A DNA stretch of 64,000 bases from Xanthobacteraceae bacterium (GCA_052148715.1 JBKQHQ010000230.1:3243-67242); one strand, 5' to 3'. Shown: positions 47,162 to 57,626, counted from the stretch's first letter. Program-made: numbers and translations. The notes: a model not told the origin generated them from the letters alone.

Positions 47162-47695
47162 CTATTTAAGCGCCGCGGCGCCCGCCTGCGAGATCGCGTC
47201 GTCTTGCGCGCCGGTCCCGCCGCTCACGCCGATTGCGCCGATGATCTTGCCGTCGACGATGATCGGATTGCCGCCACGCGAGCCGGTTACGCCATCAAGT
47301 GTCGCCAGGTAAGCGAAATACGGACCCTTGGCGAGCAACCGTTCGAACACCACCGTGGGGCGCCGAAAGCGCGCCGCCGCTCGCGCCTTATGCTGCGAAA
47401 TCTCGATACTCGCGTACTGGCACTCGTCCATTTTTTCGAAGTAGATGAGTTCGCCACTGGGGCTGACGACGGTGACGCACATCGGCCAGCCGCGCTTGGT
47501 AGCTTCGGCGATCGCTGCTTCCGCGACCTTCTTGGCCGCCTCAACCTTGATGGTTTCGCCGTACGGCGTATAGTTGTACTTTTCGGGTATGGTTTCGTTC
47601 GGGTTGCTCGGATCGGCCGGCACCTGGGCGAAGGCGCCGCCGCTGGTGAAAAGTGCAACGCACACAGTCCCTGCCAACATGGTCAAGCAACGCAT
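47162..47695 (-). CDS. GlcG/DUF336 (HbpS-like haem-binding) family protein with signal peptide
   Basis: DUF336 motif GAIGVSGGTGAQDDAI near C-terminus; signal peptide MRCLTMLAGTVCVALFTSGGAFAQ; start coordinate approximate. Confidence 0.7.
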   Translation of the reverse strand: MRCLTMLAGTVCVALFTSGGAFAQVPADPSNPNETIPEKYNYTPYGETIKVEAAKKVAEAAIAEATKRGWPMCVTVVSPSGELIYFEKMDECQYASIEISQHKARAAARFRRPTVVFERLLAKGPYFAYLATLDGVTGSRGGNPIIVDGKIIGAIGVSGGTGAQDDAISQAGAAALK

Positions 47696-47847
47696 TTTTT
47701 CCTCCCAAGCTGATTGCTTTTTGACATTCCCCAGATCCATCCCTGGGACCGATTAGACGATAGCACTCGGCGGTACTCGCCGGAAGCCACGGGCGCGCTG
47801 TTCACAATGGGGGTGCCGTCGGGCGCTAACACTTACCCGCAGTAGGG

Positions 47848-48264
47848 CGGTTTTCCGTGACATACGACGAATGGAGCGAGTGCGTCGCCGGCGGTGGCTG
47901 CAATGGTTGTTGCCCGAAAGACGAAGGCTGGGGCCGGGGCAGGTGACCGGTGATCAACGTGTCGCGGGACGACGCCAAGGCCTATCTGGCGTGGCTGGCT
48001 CGCAAGGCCGGCAAGCGCTACCGTCTACTGAGCGAAGTAGAGCGTGAGTACGTTACGCGGGCCGGGACGAGCACGGCTTTCGGGTGGGGCGCATCATCTC
48101 GGCGACCCAGGCGAACTAATATTGTGATGTTCTTGGGTTGCGCGACGAAGAAAGCGGGTACTGTTCCAGCCGACTCTTACCGGCCGAGCCCCTGGGGCCT
48201 CTATCAGGTGCATGGCAGCGTCTGGGAATGGGTCGAGGAGTCGTTCGGCGAAATGAATTCGTAA
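47848..48264 (+). pseudogene. FGE-sulfatase (formylglycine-generating enzyme / SUMF1 domain) gene remnant
   Basis: Internal FGE-domain fragments ([15 protein letters not shown]; PVINVSRDDAKAYLAWLARKAGKRYRLLSEVEREYVTRAGTST; WGLYQVHGSVWEWVEE) interrupted by an in-frame TGA; N-terminal half missing and C-terminus truncated. Confidence 0.6.
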
Positions 48265-48282
48265 CGTCAGAGGGAGGACCGG

Positions 48283-49005
48283 GTGGGCCGCGTCGTAACA
48301 TTTTGGCAATTGCCGGCAGACCGGATTGGAGACGGCATCGACCGCGCCGCCATCACCAAGGGCGACACGAGGGAGATGGCCGCCGAGTACGTCCGCATCG
48401 AGCCCGGAAGGCGCTGGTCGGCCACTACGCCGTACGGGTCGGACTGCTATCTGTTCATGCTCAAGGGCGACGGAGAAATCTCGGCCGGCACCAGCCGCCA
48501 CCATTTCCCGCCCCAGACGTTTGCGACGCTCCAAGAGGGCGTTGAATTCGTCCTCGAAAATGCCGGCCGCACCGTTGCCGAAGTGGTCAAGGTTCTCGCG
48601 CCCCCGCAACCGAACGGACGGCCCCTCATAGGCTTCGCCGGCACGCTCGCCGTCGCTGAGCGCAACAAGACGCCTGTAGTCCAGCTGCCGGATCAGAAGA
48701 AGCAGCGCATCTATTTCGTCGGCGATCACGGCGCCAAATCGGAGCGCGGCCACGCGATGATCGTGGTCTATGAAAAGGATACGGTCACCGGCTTGCACAA
48801 TCATCCGAACGCCGAGAGCATGTTCGTGGTCCTCAATGGCGCTCTGCAATTCACGGTCGACGGCGAACAGGTTGTGGTCGCACCAGGACAGGCAGCCTAC
48901 TTCGGCATGAACGACTCCCACGGCTTGTGCGTTGCCAACGGCCACGATGGCGCGAGCTTCCTCGAATTCCACATTCCGGCGGCGTTCACGACGGTGACGC
49001 ATTAA
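48283..49005 (+). CDS. bicupin (two cupin domains) protein
   Basis: 240 aa; GTG start with GGGAGGA SD; two cupin-like modules. Confidence 0.7.
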   Translation: MGRVVTFWQLPADRIGDGIDRAAITKGDTREMAAEYVRIEPGRRWSATTPYGSDCYLFMLKGDGEISAGTSRHHFPPQTFATLQEGVEFVLENAGRTVAEVVKVLAPPQPNGRPLIGFAGTLAVAERNKTPVVQLPDQKKQRIYFVGDHGAKSERGHAMIVVYEKDTVTGLHNHPNAESMFVVLNGALQFTVDGEQVVVAPGQAAYFGMNDSHGLCVANGHDGASFLEFHIPAAFTTVTH

Positions 49006-49681
49006 GCTCGGAGAGCACGTTCGAAAGGGGCGACACCTATGTCGGCCTTGAGATCATCGGCAAGCTCGCGGCCGTGCCGGAGGTCGGGCGCTCCGATGCG
49101 GGCGCGCGTTAACTCACTATCAACCAATACCTGACCGATTCCGTGCGCCACTGGCCGGGCGTGATATAGTGTTCTTCTCCTTAACAAGGAAGAACAAATG
49201 CCGCCGCTCTTGCCCCAATGTAAAGATAGAGCGCCTGCGGGGCAGCGCCGTTCTTTCGGCGTGTCACTTTTGGTCTGATTTCCGCGTTCTTAGTGATTTT
49301 CAAGTGCTTCCTAAGTCGATTCTAAGACGGGAGTTAGCGGCAAAACCCAGCCGTCAATGCCCAGACTTGGTGAGAGTGTCGACCATGGACGGCACGAACA
49401 CTTCAAGTTGGTCAATTGCCGACGAGCGCGCCCAGCGTGGCGTCGGCGACCCAAGCTGACCGCGGATCGGTCGAACCATCCGACGGATTTCTTCCGGTCG
49501 TCTTTGCACAGCCCGCGCCGGTGCCCGGCGAGCCAATCCGTCAGCTTCGCATCAGGGCCGAGTCGCTCGACATGTGTGCGCCGCTGATGCGCCGGCCGAG
49601 CTCCGGGTCGGCCAGGGGCTTGGGGCCGATGGGCAGGTATTCGCCCGCGCGGCGAGGCGAAGTCACAGTCTTCGTGCCCGC

Positions 49682-49876
49682 TCAGGCCGTGATGTTCTTC
49701 TCGACGATCTCGACTCTTGCTGTACCCGGACCATATCCCGTCGGCGAGCCACTCATGCCGTGCTCGATGGCACTCTTTAGCGAGACCATTCCGCGCAGCA
49801 GGGCAGCCTCCAATCCACCTTGGGTTTGGCCTTGGCTGGCTTCAAATTCCACTTCAATCGTCACCTTCATCTTCAT
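49682..49876 (-). CDS. small hypothetical protein (64 aa)
   Basis: ORF in a lower-GC, otherwise gene-poor stretch; weak SD. Confidence 0.2.
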   Translation of the reverse strand: MKMKVTIEVEFEASQGQTQGGLEAALLRGMVSLKSAIEHGMSGSPTGYGPGTARVEIVEKNITA

Positions 49877-50262
49877 CGAGATCGTCCCGTCAAGTCTGTG
49901 CGGCCGGGCGGCCTAAAAGATTACCGGCCGCCCGGTGAGGCAGACGGCCGGTAACGATAGGGGGTAGGTTTAGGGAACAGGGATCAGGATAAACGCGCAC
50001 AAGCCCCTCGTCGCCTAGGGGAATTGCTTACAGATCGGCGATGCAGGGACAAGGAACGCCGTCTCCTTAGCGTTATTGCCCTATTATAACACCGCATCAC
50101 TCGATCGATCGAGCGGTTCGCATTCTCGCGAATGTTACCGATCGCATTGATGAGGTTGTGGATTTCAGATCGCTATTCGATCCAGTTAACCAATTGTTAA
50201 GGAACACAAGCGGGCCTGGCGAGTTTCAGATATAGGAACCACCAGCCAAGAGGGGACCCGCG

Positions 50263-50448
50263 ATGTCTGATCAGTCCGCGCAATCGCCTGCCAAGCTCGA
50301 CTTGCTGCCGATCTATCGGGAAATGGCAGCAAGACATTTGAGCCTAGCGCAAGCAGCTTGTGACAAAGACCTGCAGCGGTATTACGCGCAAAAGGGGGCA
50401 TACTGGGCAAGGCGGGTTGAAAGCCTTTCGAGCCGTTCGGCATCCTAA
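50263..50448 (+). CDS. small hypothetical protein (61 aa)
   Basis: GAGGGG SD 7 nt upstream of ATG; helical small protein resembling the abundant rhizobial small-ORF family. Confidence 0.45.
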   Translation: MSDQSAQSPAKLDLLPIYREMAARHLSLAQAACDKDLQRYYAQKGAYWARRVESLSSRSAS

Positions 50449-50746
50449 GTTGTCCCGCAGAGGGGTCGGGTGTGCCGTCGATATGAAGCCGCCGCTGACG
50501 GAAGCGGCGAAACGGGAAATAGAGCGCATCCAACTGACGCCTTGGCTTGGCGCCCAGCGGAAATCGATGCGTTGGGGATCGGTCTCCCACGCGACTGCCA
50601 AATCGGCAATTCGTCTTGCGATATCAATCAGCACCGACCTTTGGCATCAGCCCCGCGATTTTTCGCAAAGACCGTTCTTTGTCGCCGCTACGTTGCCAAT
50701 GAGTACGCTTATTCGAAACCCTTGGAATAGCCGAAGCAACTCGCTA

Positions 50747-50911
50747 CTACTCGCCTTGAATTGCCGAGGCAGCAATTGCTTCTCGGCCGTTATCGAGCAC
50801 CAGACGACCGTCTGCATAGCCCGTCACCACCAAAGCCGTGATCAATAACACGGCGGCCGTGACGCCGGCGAAGGCCAATCCCAGCGCGCCCAGTCCGGTT
50901 TCGTCGGCCAT
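50747..50911 (-). CDS. small membrane protein (54 aa)
   Basis: Strong SD GAGGGGAGG 6 nt upstream of ATG 50911; single hydrophobic helix (LGALGLAFAGVTAAVLLITALVV). Confidence 0.45.
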   Translation of the reverse strand: MADETGLGALGLAFAGVTAAVLLITALVVTGYADGRLVLDNGREAIAASAIQGE

Positions 50912-51288
50912 GACAGCCTCCCCTCGATGATTGGCATTCGGCATCTCGTCAAAAACTCCAACCCCTCGATGCCCACGGCTGTTATGTGACACATCCGGTC
51001 CGCCGCTCAAGCCCTGATGCCTCCCAACGGATTGGCGGCTCAACGTTAAGACGACTCGGCAGAGCGGCCTTCGCACCAAGGGATAGAGAGTTAAATGCTC
51101 GGCCGCATATCGCGAGCCGGCGCGATTTCGCGTGGTCGCCGATAGGTGCGATCTCAGTCGCGGGCAACATAACCCTCGGCATTCACCTCTGGCCCGGGTG
51201 CCTGCTCCGTGTCCCGCCTCTTTCGCGCATAAGGGTGACCGGAAGGGCCGCGCGGCCCGCTATCTGAAATCCTTTTACGCCGCATCGG

Positions 51289-51579
51289 TCATGGGGCAAC
51301 GTCCGAAGCGCATTTGCCGTCGGCGCGCCGCGTTAGCGACTCCGCCACCCCAAGATGATGCGAGCACGTCGCACGGCGATGTTGGCCGAAGCCGTATGTG
51401 CCATCGCGACAGCGAACGGTGGCACCTAGGGGCGCGTCAGGGTCAGGCAATACACACCTCGCCAGAGGCGCAGGCTGCGGTATTTTCAATTCGGCGGCGG
51501 GAGCTGCGCTCGCGAGAAGAACCACGGCGACGATCGTAATGGTGCTAACGGAAAGTCCGAACGAATGAGTCTTGCTCAT
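51289..51579 (-). CDS. DUF3761-like small secreted protein
   Basis: Signal peptide plus C(x)DGTYx6-8TCSHH(L/G)GV core; AGGGAG SD upstream. Confidence 0.55.
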   Translation of the reverse strand: MSKTHSFGLSVSTITIVAVVLLASAAPAAELKIPQPAPLARCVLPDPDAPLGATVRCRDGTYGFGQHRRATCSHHLGVAESLTRRADGKCASDVAP

Positions 51580-51720
51580 TGGTTTGCTCCCTGGATGGGG
51601 GCAAACAGGTACGACTCAACGTACCCCCCGAATCAGCCAAGCGTATCTTAGCACCTATTCGATTGGGGCGCGTGACGCTCGACGCTCGCTGGTCGGCAGT
51701 GTCGAGGCGCTGGGCAGCAC

Positions 51721-51912
51721 TTAGTCGGCTAATTCAAGTAGGCAGCTCGCGGGTTCAGGCGCGCTGGTCAATTGCCGCTCCACTTGAGCGGCAATGTCCG
51801 TCCACTGCTGCGCCATCTCGGCGAAGCCTCGCTTGGTTTCCTCGTCTCGCGCTTCCTTCGCCTTCCTTTCGGCTTCGGACGCTTTGGCCCGGTACCAGTC
51901 AACTCGGCTCAT
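51721..51912 (-). CDS. small hypothetical protein (63 aa)
   Basis: ATG 51912; helical, Lys/Glu-rich (YRAKASEAERKAKEARDEETKRGFAEMAQQW) typical of a rhizobial small-protein family. Confidence 0.45.
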   Translation of the reverse strand: MSRVDWYRAKASEAERKAKEARDEETKRGFAEMAQQWTDIAAQVERQLTSAPEPASCLLELAD

Positions 51913-52134
51913 GCACGCCGTGCCTCGATTGGAAGCCGCATGAAGCAAAATAACACCGCGCGCCGATTTGGGTCGTCCGTCCGCCACATGACTCAGAATC
52001 GGAAAAGTCGCCGCTGAATGCGCGTACGCCAGACGCTTAGCCTTCGCAAGGTGTCCGTCAATTTCGTTGGCGTCACCAGAAAGTTGCGCCACGTTGCGCC
52101 CTGGTTCTGTCGCGCCGAAGAACTTCTGGCGCTG

Positions 52135-52977
52135 TCAGCCTCTCTTCGGCGACCAGCCATAAGCCTTGGCACAGGCGCCGCCCATCAACATTGCCCGCTC
52201 GTTGTCGCTCAGGCGGCCAGTCTTAAGGAAGGACTCGAGGGCCTGCGCGTAGTTGACGACTGCGAACGCGCGTGTCCAGTCCGTGCCCCACAGGCAGCGG
52301 TCGAAACCCCAGGCATCGAACACGCGAGCGAGCGGGTCCCAGATGTCCGGGAAGGGATATGGTTCCCGGGACAGCGTGCAGGCGCCGCTGACCTTGATCA
52401 CTGCGTTCGGGCGCTTGGCGAGTTCCAGAACCTTCGGCAGGTCGGCCCAGGGCTGCGGCGGGGCGGGCGGCATGCGCGGTTGCATGATGCCCAGATGGTC
52501 GATGATGAATCGCGTGTCGGGATGGCGATCGATCAGCGCAGTGCCCGCGTCCAGGTTGCCCCAGCACAGGATGTTGACCGGAAAGTCGTGGCGAACGGCT
52601 GCGCCCAGAATCCGGTCGAGGCCCGGGTCGTTCGGCTCGCGCTTCGCCTCCCTCGTCAGGATGATACGGACGCCGACCGTCCCCGGCGTATTCTTCCAGT
52701 CGGCGACGACATCGGCCACCGACGGATCGTCTGGGTCGACCGGCTTAACGATGGCGAACCTGCCGGGATGAGCCCGTTGCACTTCCACCGCATAGCTGGC
52801 GTCGTAGCGGTACATGGAAAAGGCGGAGATGAAGATCGCGCCGTCGACGCCGACCTGGTCCATCGCCGCCACCATCTCGTCACCCGTGACGTGATCGGGC
52901 CAGTTCGGCACACTGTGCCAGGGTTGCTTCGGAGTATTCGCCTCATAGGCATGGACCTGGGAATCGATGATAGTCAT
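52135..52977 (-). CDS. amidohydrolase_2 family hydrolase (cytoplasmic; LigI/lactonase-like)
   Basis: 280 aa from ATG 52977 (GGAGGAG SD); QVHAYE metal-binding start; no signal peptide. Confidence 0.75.
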   Translation of the reverse strand: MTIIDSQVHAYEANTPKQPWHSVPNWPDHVTGDEMVAAMDQVGVDGAIFISAFSMYRYDASYAVEVQRAHPGRFAIVKPVDPDDPSVADVVADWKNTPGTVGVRIILTREAKREPNDPGLDRILGAAVRHDFPVNILCWGNLDAGTALIDRHPDTRFIIDHLGIMQPRMPPAPPQPWADLPKVLELAKRPNAVIKVSGACTLSREPYPFPDIWDPLARVFDAWGFDRCLWGTDWTRAFAVVNYAQALESFLKTGRLSDNERAMLMGGACAKAYGWSPKRG

Positions 52978-53275
52978 CGGGGCAGCTCCTCCGTGCAAAC
53001 CAAGTTTGGTATCTCGGCAGATCCCTGTCCAGAAGGGCTAACCCTTTCGCGATGCGGCGATTGGCGGTAGCGAAGCGCCGAGTTGGTGGGTCAAAAGAGC
53101 CATGCCGGCCATGTCGACAGCACAGCCGAATCACGTCAGTGCCTCCGAAGCGGACACGAATCGGCGCCATACCCCGATGGACGCCAGGTGCCACTAACCA
53201 GACTCATGCACCGCAACATGAGCGGTAATCGCTCGGCGACCTGCAGAATTTGCGCGAGATGACGCTTCGCTCAGC

Positions 53276-54013
53276 CTAAGCTGTCAGCCGTCGTGGGTCG
53301 CGTAATCGGCCGGTTGGCACACCCTCTTTGTTGATCTCGATCTGGAAGATTTCGGACAAGCCCGCCCTTCCAGACGACGTTAGTTCGAGTGCACGGCTGC
53401 CCGACACACATTTGAGCCATCCGAGCTCCAATAGACGATCCAGAATCCGAGCTCCGACGAGTCCCTTGAGGTGATAACGACGCTCGCTCCAGTCGAGACA
53501 AGGCTGGCAGAAAATCCGCCGAGTCCGCGGCCTCAGATCAGCGCCGAACGCGGAAAGGAAACGCCCGCCCGAAGACGTGACCTCACCGCCTTCATCGGTG
53601 AGTACGATGTGCCCCATGGCCACAAGTGCATCGGTAACAGCGACTCCTACCTGGCCAGCCAGGTGATCGTAGCAACTTCGGGCAAAGCGGAGTGCATCGT
53701 GGTTTGCTGACCGCGGCTGATGCCGGGGTGGCACCTCTATGGCGGCGACGACCTTGATGCTCTCCAGCATTGTCGCGACCAGCGGGGACGCGATCCGATA
53801 ATAGCTGAAGCGACGCTTGCGAGTGACAGTCAAAAGCCGCGCGGCAACCAGCTTGCCCAGGTGGTCGCTCGCCGTTGAGCGAGAGACATTGGCGCAGTAA
53901 GCGAGCTCAGTGGCCGTCAGCGACTGGCCGCCCATCAAGGCGTTAAGCATCGTCGCTCGCGCAGTGTCACCCACGAGAGCGGCCACTTCCACCAGATTTG
54001 CCGCCGCGACCAT
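53276..54013 (-). CDS. ArsR/SmtB-family transcriptional regulator with about 130-aa C-terminal extension
   Basis: wHTH segment DTARATMLNALMGGQSLTATELAYCANVSRSTASDHLGKLVAARLL; start uncertain (ATG 54013 or upstream TTG). Confidence 0.65.
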   Translation of the reverse strand: MVAAANLVEVAALVGDTARATMLNALMGGQSLTATELAYCANVSRSTASDHLGKLVAARLLTVTRKRRFSYYRIASPLVATMLESIKVVAAIEVPPRHQPRSANHDALRFARSCYDHLAGQVGVAVTDALVAMGHIVLTDEGGEVTSSGGRFLSAFGADLRPRTRRIFCQPCLDWSERRYHLKGLVGARILDRLLELGWLKCVSGSRALELTSSGRAGLSEIFQIEINKEGVPTGRLRDPRRLTA

Positions 54014-54291
54014 CCTTAACCCTATCGCTGATACCGGAAGCATATCAATCGAAAACGGTTCGGCATGGACCGAACTGTTCGTGCGAGACAATTGCGAACC
54101 TCGCAGCAAGAATGCGCTGCAACTTGGAGGCTAGAATGAAGCGCACTGCTATACACGTCGAGCCGATTTCGACTTATCTCGAACGACGCCGCAAGGGTCC
54201 AATCCTCAGTGATTGTGGCTGGCGAAACGGTGTATGTGTCGGGATTCCCTCCGTTCGATCCGGAGACGGCGCGAAAGCCTGAGCAGGGAAT

Positions 54292-55083
54292 ATGATCCTC
54301 CAGGAGTTAAACGTCATGTTGATCCGCGCCCTTTATTTCGAGCAAGCAAGTATCATTGCTGCCGTGGTTTGTAGCCTGATCGTCGCCGGCCTCCTGAAGG
54401 GGATAATCGGGGTCGGCATGCCAGTCGTCGCGCTGCCGCTGCTGTCGCTGTTCGTCGACATCAAATCAGCGGCCATGCTACTGAGCATGCCTCTGATCTT
54501 CAGCAACTTGCCGCAGGCGCTGGAGGGCGGAAAGACTGCACGGTGCCTCATGCAATTGATGCCGGTGATTCTCGGCATGATTCCCGGCCTCTTCCTTGGA
54601 GTTCGAGTCCTGTTGGCGCTCGATGCGAACGTTGCAAAGATTATCGCAGGCCTAGTGCTTATGGGTGTCGGCGGCGTCACGCTGCTCGCGCCGAAGCTGC
54701 AGCTTCAGTCTCGCTTGGTCTTACCAACCGGCATCACATTCGGATTTTTCGGCGGGATTCTGGGAGGCATCGCGGCGATGCCGGGACCGCTTGTTTTCAT
54801 ATTTCTGCTTGCAAAGGGACTGCGCGGAACGGCGTTCACAAAGGAAGCATCGCTGTATCTCGTTGTTTCCGCCGGTTTGCTGGCAATTCTTCTGACGGCC
54901 AGCCGCCAGTTCAATTGGCTTGACGTTTCAGTCTCGACGGCCGCGATGTTACCAGTCGTGCTCGGCATGTACGTGGGACAACATATGCGCGATAAAATTG
55001 CACCAGGGACATTCAAGAAGCTGGTGTTGATCGCGGTCATTGCCGCGGGCGCCGACTTGCTGCGACAAGGTTTCTTCAGTTGA
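54292..55083 (+). CDS. TauE/SafE-family (DUF81) sulfite/anion exporter
   Basis: 263 aa, 7-8 TM helices, Gly-rich DUF81 repeats; lower-GC DNA; divergent from ArsR gene. Confidence 0.75.
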   Translation: MILQELNVMLIRALYFEQASIIAAVVCSLIVAGLLKGIIGVGMPVVALPLLSLFVDIKSAAMLLSMPLIFSNLPQALEGGKTARCLMQLMPVILGMIPGLFLGVRVLLALDANVAKIIAGLVLMGVGGVTLLAPKLQLQSRLVLPTGITFGFFGGILGGIAAMPGPLVFIFLLAKGLRGTAFTKEASLYLVVSAGLLAILLTASRQFNWLDVSVSTAAMLPVVLGMYVGQHMRDKIAPGTFKKLVLIAVIAAGADLLRQGFFS

Positions 55084-55486
55084 CGGGCTTGCCGGTGCCG
55101 CTGCGGTTGGTTCGTCAGGTGCCGCTGCAGCGTCGCGAAGTTCCGTCGGAGGCGGTAGCAGGGGCTTGGGGGCGAGCACGCCATCGGCTTTACGCCGGAC
55201 GAGCAGGCAAGCCACCCGAGACATCGCGCTCGCTTAACTACACTCGGCATCTGTTGCGCTGCACCGAAGTCTCGTAGCAAAGCGACGATAAGGGTCAATT
55301 GCGGCTGACAAGGTTCGGCGCCGTTGATCCTTCGATGACAGGAATGCTCCAAAACCGAAGGCGGCGTTCATGCCAGGTTCAGGTTGTCGGACCCTAAGAT
55401 CGAACCGCTGAGCAACCGCTGTTCAGCGGGCTGAATATCACTTGCTGAGGTTCGGCTCGATTATCGCCTGTGAACGGGAGGTTTCC

Positions 55487-55711
55487 ATGAAGAAGCTTTC
55501 GGCTATGCTACTCGGAGTCGTCATTCTTTCCGCCGCCCTATCATCGGCGGTTACGCCGGCGCTCGCGTTAGGCGGCTGTGGTCCGAACGGCCATCGCAGC
55601 AGTATTTCGGGCCGATGCGTATGGGGCGGCCAAAACCAAGCCTGGTGCCTAAGACATACGGGCCATACAGCCGTTCCCATGCCGGATGGGACCATGCGCT
55701 GCTTCAGGTGA
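55487..55711 (+). CDS. small Cys-rich secreted protein (74 aa)
   Basis: GGGAGG SD 7 nt upstream of ATG; signal peptide MKKLSAMLLGVVILSAALSSAVTPALA; 6 Cys in mature part. Confidence 0.5.
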   Translation: MKKLSAMLLGVVILSAALSSAVTPALALGGCGPNGHRSSISGRCVWGGQNQAWCLRHTGHTAVPMPDGTMRCFR

Positions 55712-56182
55712 GGCACTTGCTTTCGGCGTCGCCCGTAGAGCGGACGCGCCCCCGCAACGTGGTCCTGGAGCAGGAGGGCGAGGTTGTTGGGGCTCGTCGC
55801 CCTACGCGACGGAGCCGATAGCATATGCCCTCAACGAACTAATTGTTACGTTCGCCGCAACGCTTTTTGCGCGTTGACGCTGCCACAAAGCCTCCAACCA
55901 GCATCGCGGATATTGCGAGAGAATCGTTCGGCCGCGATGCGCCTCTCCGCTGCAAGCGTCCCGCTCCTCGCGCTGCCGTGCTTGGTCTGCGTAGTCAGTG
56001 GCGACACCGTCACTCTCCGCCCGCCGAGCGCCGGCGCGTTCTTCCTGGCCCTGCCATTAGTCAGATCATCCGGGTCAAATTGCCGCCGGACAGGCTCGTC
56101 GCCGGTGACCCTGCGATGAATGCTCCAACATCGGTCAATCTCGCACCGTTGAATGTATCACGTGTTTTCGCCGGGTGTGACG

Positions 56183-57626
56183 TTAATCGCGCTGAAGGAG
56201 GGGCCGCAAGCTGCGAACATCCGTTACGGCTTCGATCGCAAACACCGTCTCGATCAAGCGTGCCGACGTATCGCGCCCCAGGACCGGAGCGATGAGATCG
56301 CGCGCCTTTTCGATCACTTCGGCGCGCGGCATCGGGTTGCGCGGCGTGCCGCGTACCGCTGAGACTCGCTCCGAGAGGCGGGTTCCGTCGGTCAGCTCGA
56401 TCTCGAGGATCGTTACGCGCACCGGCATGAACTTGAAGAGCTCCTCGTCGCGCACAAGGTTCACTTTTGCCCGCTGGTGCAGCACGGCAGGGTCCTGCAT
56501 GCGCGGTTTGTCGTGTGCGGCGTGGAAGGAAACGGTCTTGTCGAGCAGCATCACGGCGACCATGTGCTGCAGGCAGATGTCAGGGATCTCGCGGTTGTCA
56601 ACAGTCGTGGCATCCGGAGGGGCGAGGCGTACGGTTACCCGCTGTACCTGATCAGCCTCGAACGGCTTCTTGTTGCGGATCGCCTCGATTGCGTCGAGCG
56701 GCCCCTGAATTGGTGAACCGACAGTCCATTTCTTGATGTCGGTTTGCACGACCGCGTAGCGCTCGCCTACCGGGCTGCGCCTTCGGCGCGTAGCCCAGGA
56801 AGAAGTTGTCCGCGCCCGAGAAGATATCGTCGACGCCGTTCCAACCTGATTGTACGAGCAACGCCGAGGTGACCCCGTTGCGCGCCGGCATGCCGCCGAA
56901 CACGAACGCCTTCTCGATGTGGTCGGTGTCGCGCCGCCAAGCGTGGAGGCCCGAGGATTGCTGCGCGGTGTAGTCGAGCACCCAGCGCATCTGGCGTGCA
57001 TCAAGACCGGCGGCGCAGGCCGCGGCGGCTGCGGCGCCGAAGGTCCCGGCGATGCTGTGCGTCGCTAAGCTGCTCTCGTAGCTGAACTCGGCGCCACCCA
57101 TGGCCAGGATTACGCGCGTGCCGACGTCGTAGCCGAGCGTGACGGCGCGAAGGAGACGCGCGCCGTCGCCGCCGAGCTCCTCGCCGACCGCAAGCGCCGC
57201 CGGCACGACCGAGCAGCCCGGATGTGAGTGCGAGTCGTTGTGCGAATCGTCGGTCTCATCCGAATGAGCCATGACTCCGTTTGCAAGCGCGGCATCGGTC
57301 GGCGCGGCGGTAAATGCAGAGCCGACGACCGTCGCCGCGCCTTTCCCGCCGTGTTCGCGGATGTAACGCCGCGCCGCTCGGCCGGGCAGCAATTCCGACC
57401 CGGAAATCATCGAAGCCAACGTATCGAGTAGATGGTGCTTGGCGTGCTCAGTGACCTCCGCCGGGAGCGCGCGTGTTCCGGCGGCACTCATGTAGGCGCT
57501 GAGCGCGTTCGTCACCGGGTCAGGATCCGAGGCCTGCGCGAAGACGCGCACTGGTGACAAAGCAAGGCCTATGGCTGTCGTTGCCGTCATACCGAGAACG
57601 CTACGTCGATTCATGATGTCATTCAT
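56183..57626 (-). pseudogene. MmgE/PrpD-family gene with Tat signal, disrupted by a frameshift near 56770-56790
   Basis: N-terminal part (57626 downward, MNDIMNRRSVLGMTATTAIGLALSP Tat signal, PrpD N-domain) and C-terminal part (ORF 56183-57004, ...GERYAVVQTDIKKWTVG...) lie in different frames that join at FFLGYAPKAQP / VGERYAVV. Confidence 0.6.

Noticed and set aside
47574-47756. Apparent discrepancy in T-run length near 47695 between my reading and the ORF track
   Set aside because: I may have mis-counted a homopolymer; the ORF track is taken as authoritative and the GlcG-like start is given as approximate
49416-49916. 166-aa + ORF and 49169..49459 + ORF in the gene-poor stretch
   Set aside because: No SD, no domain signal, composition consistent with chance ORFs in GC-rich non-coding DNA; only the 64-aa minus-strand ORF retained at low confidence
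55381-55440. tRNA-like fragment (GCTCAGCGGTTCGATC on the minus strand) and a CCGCTG-TT-CAGCGG hairpin
   Set aside because: D-loop-like and T-arm-like motifs are directly adjacent rather than about 40 nt apart; no acceptor stem; at most a tRNA remnant. No intact tRNA found in the window
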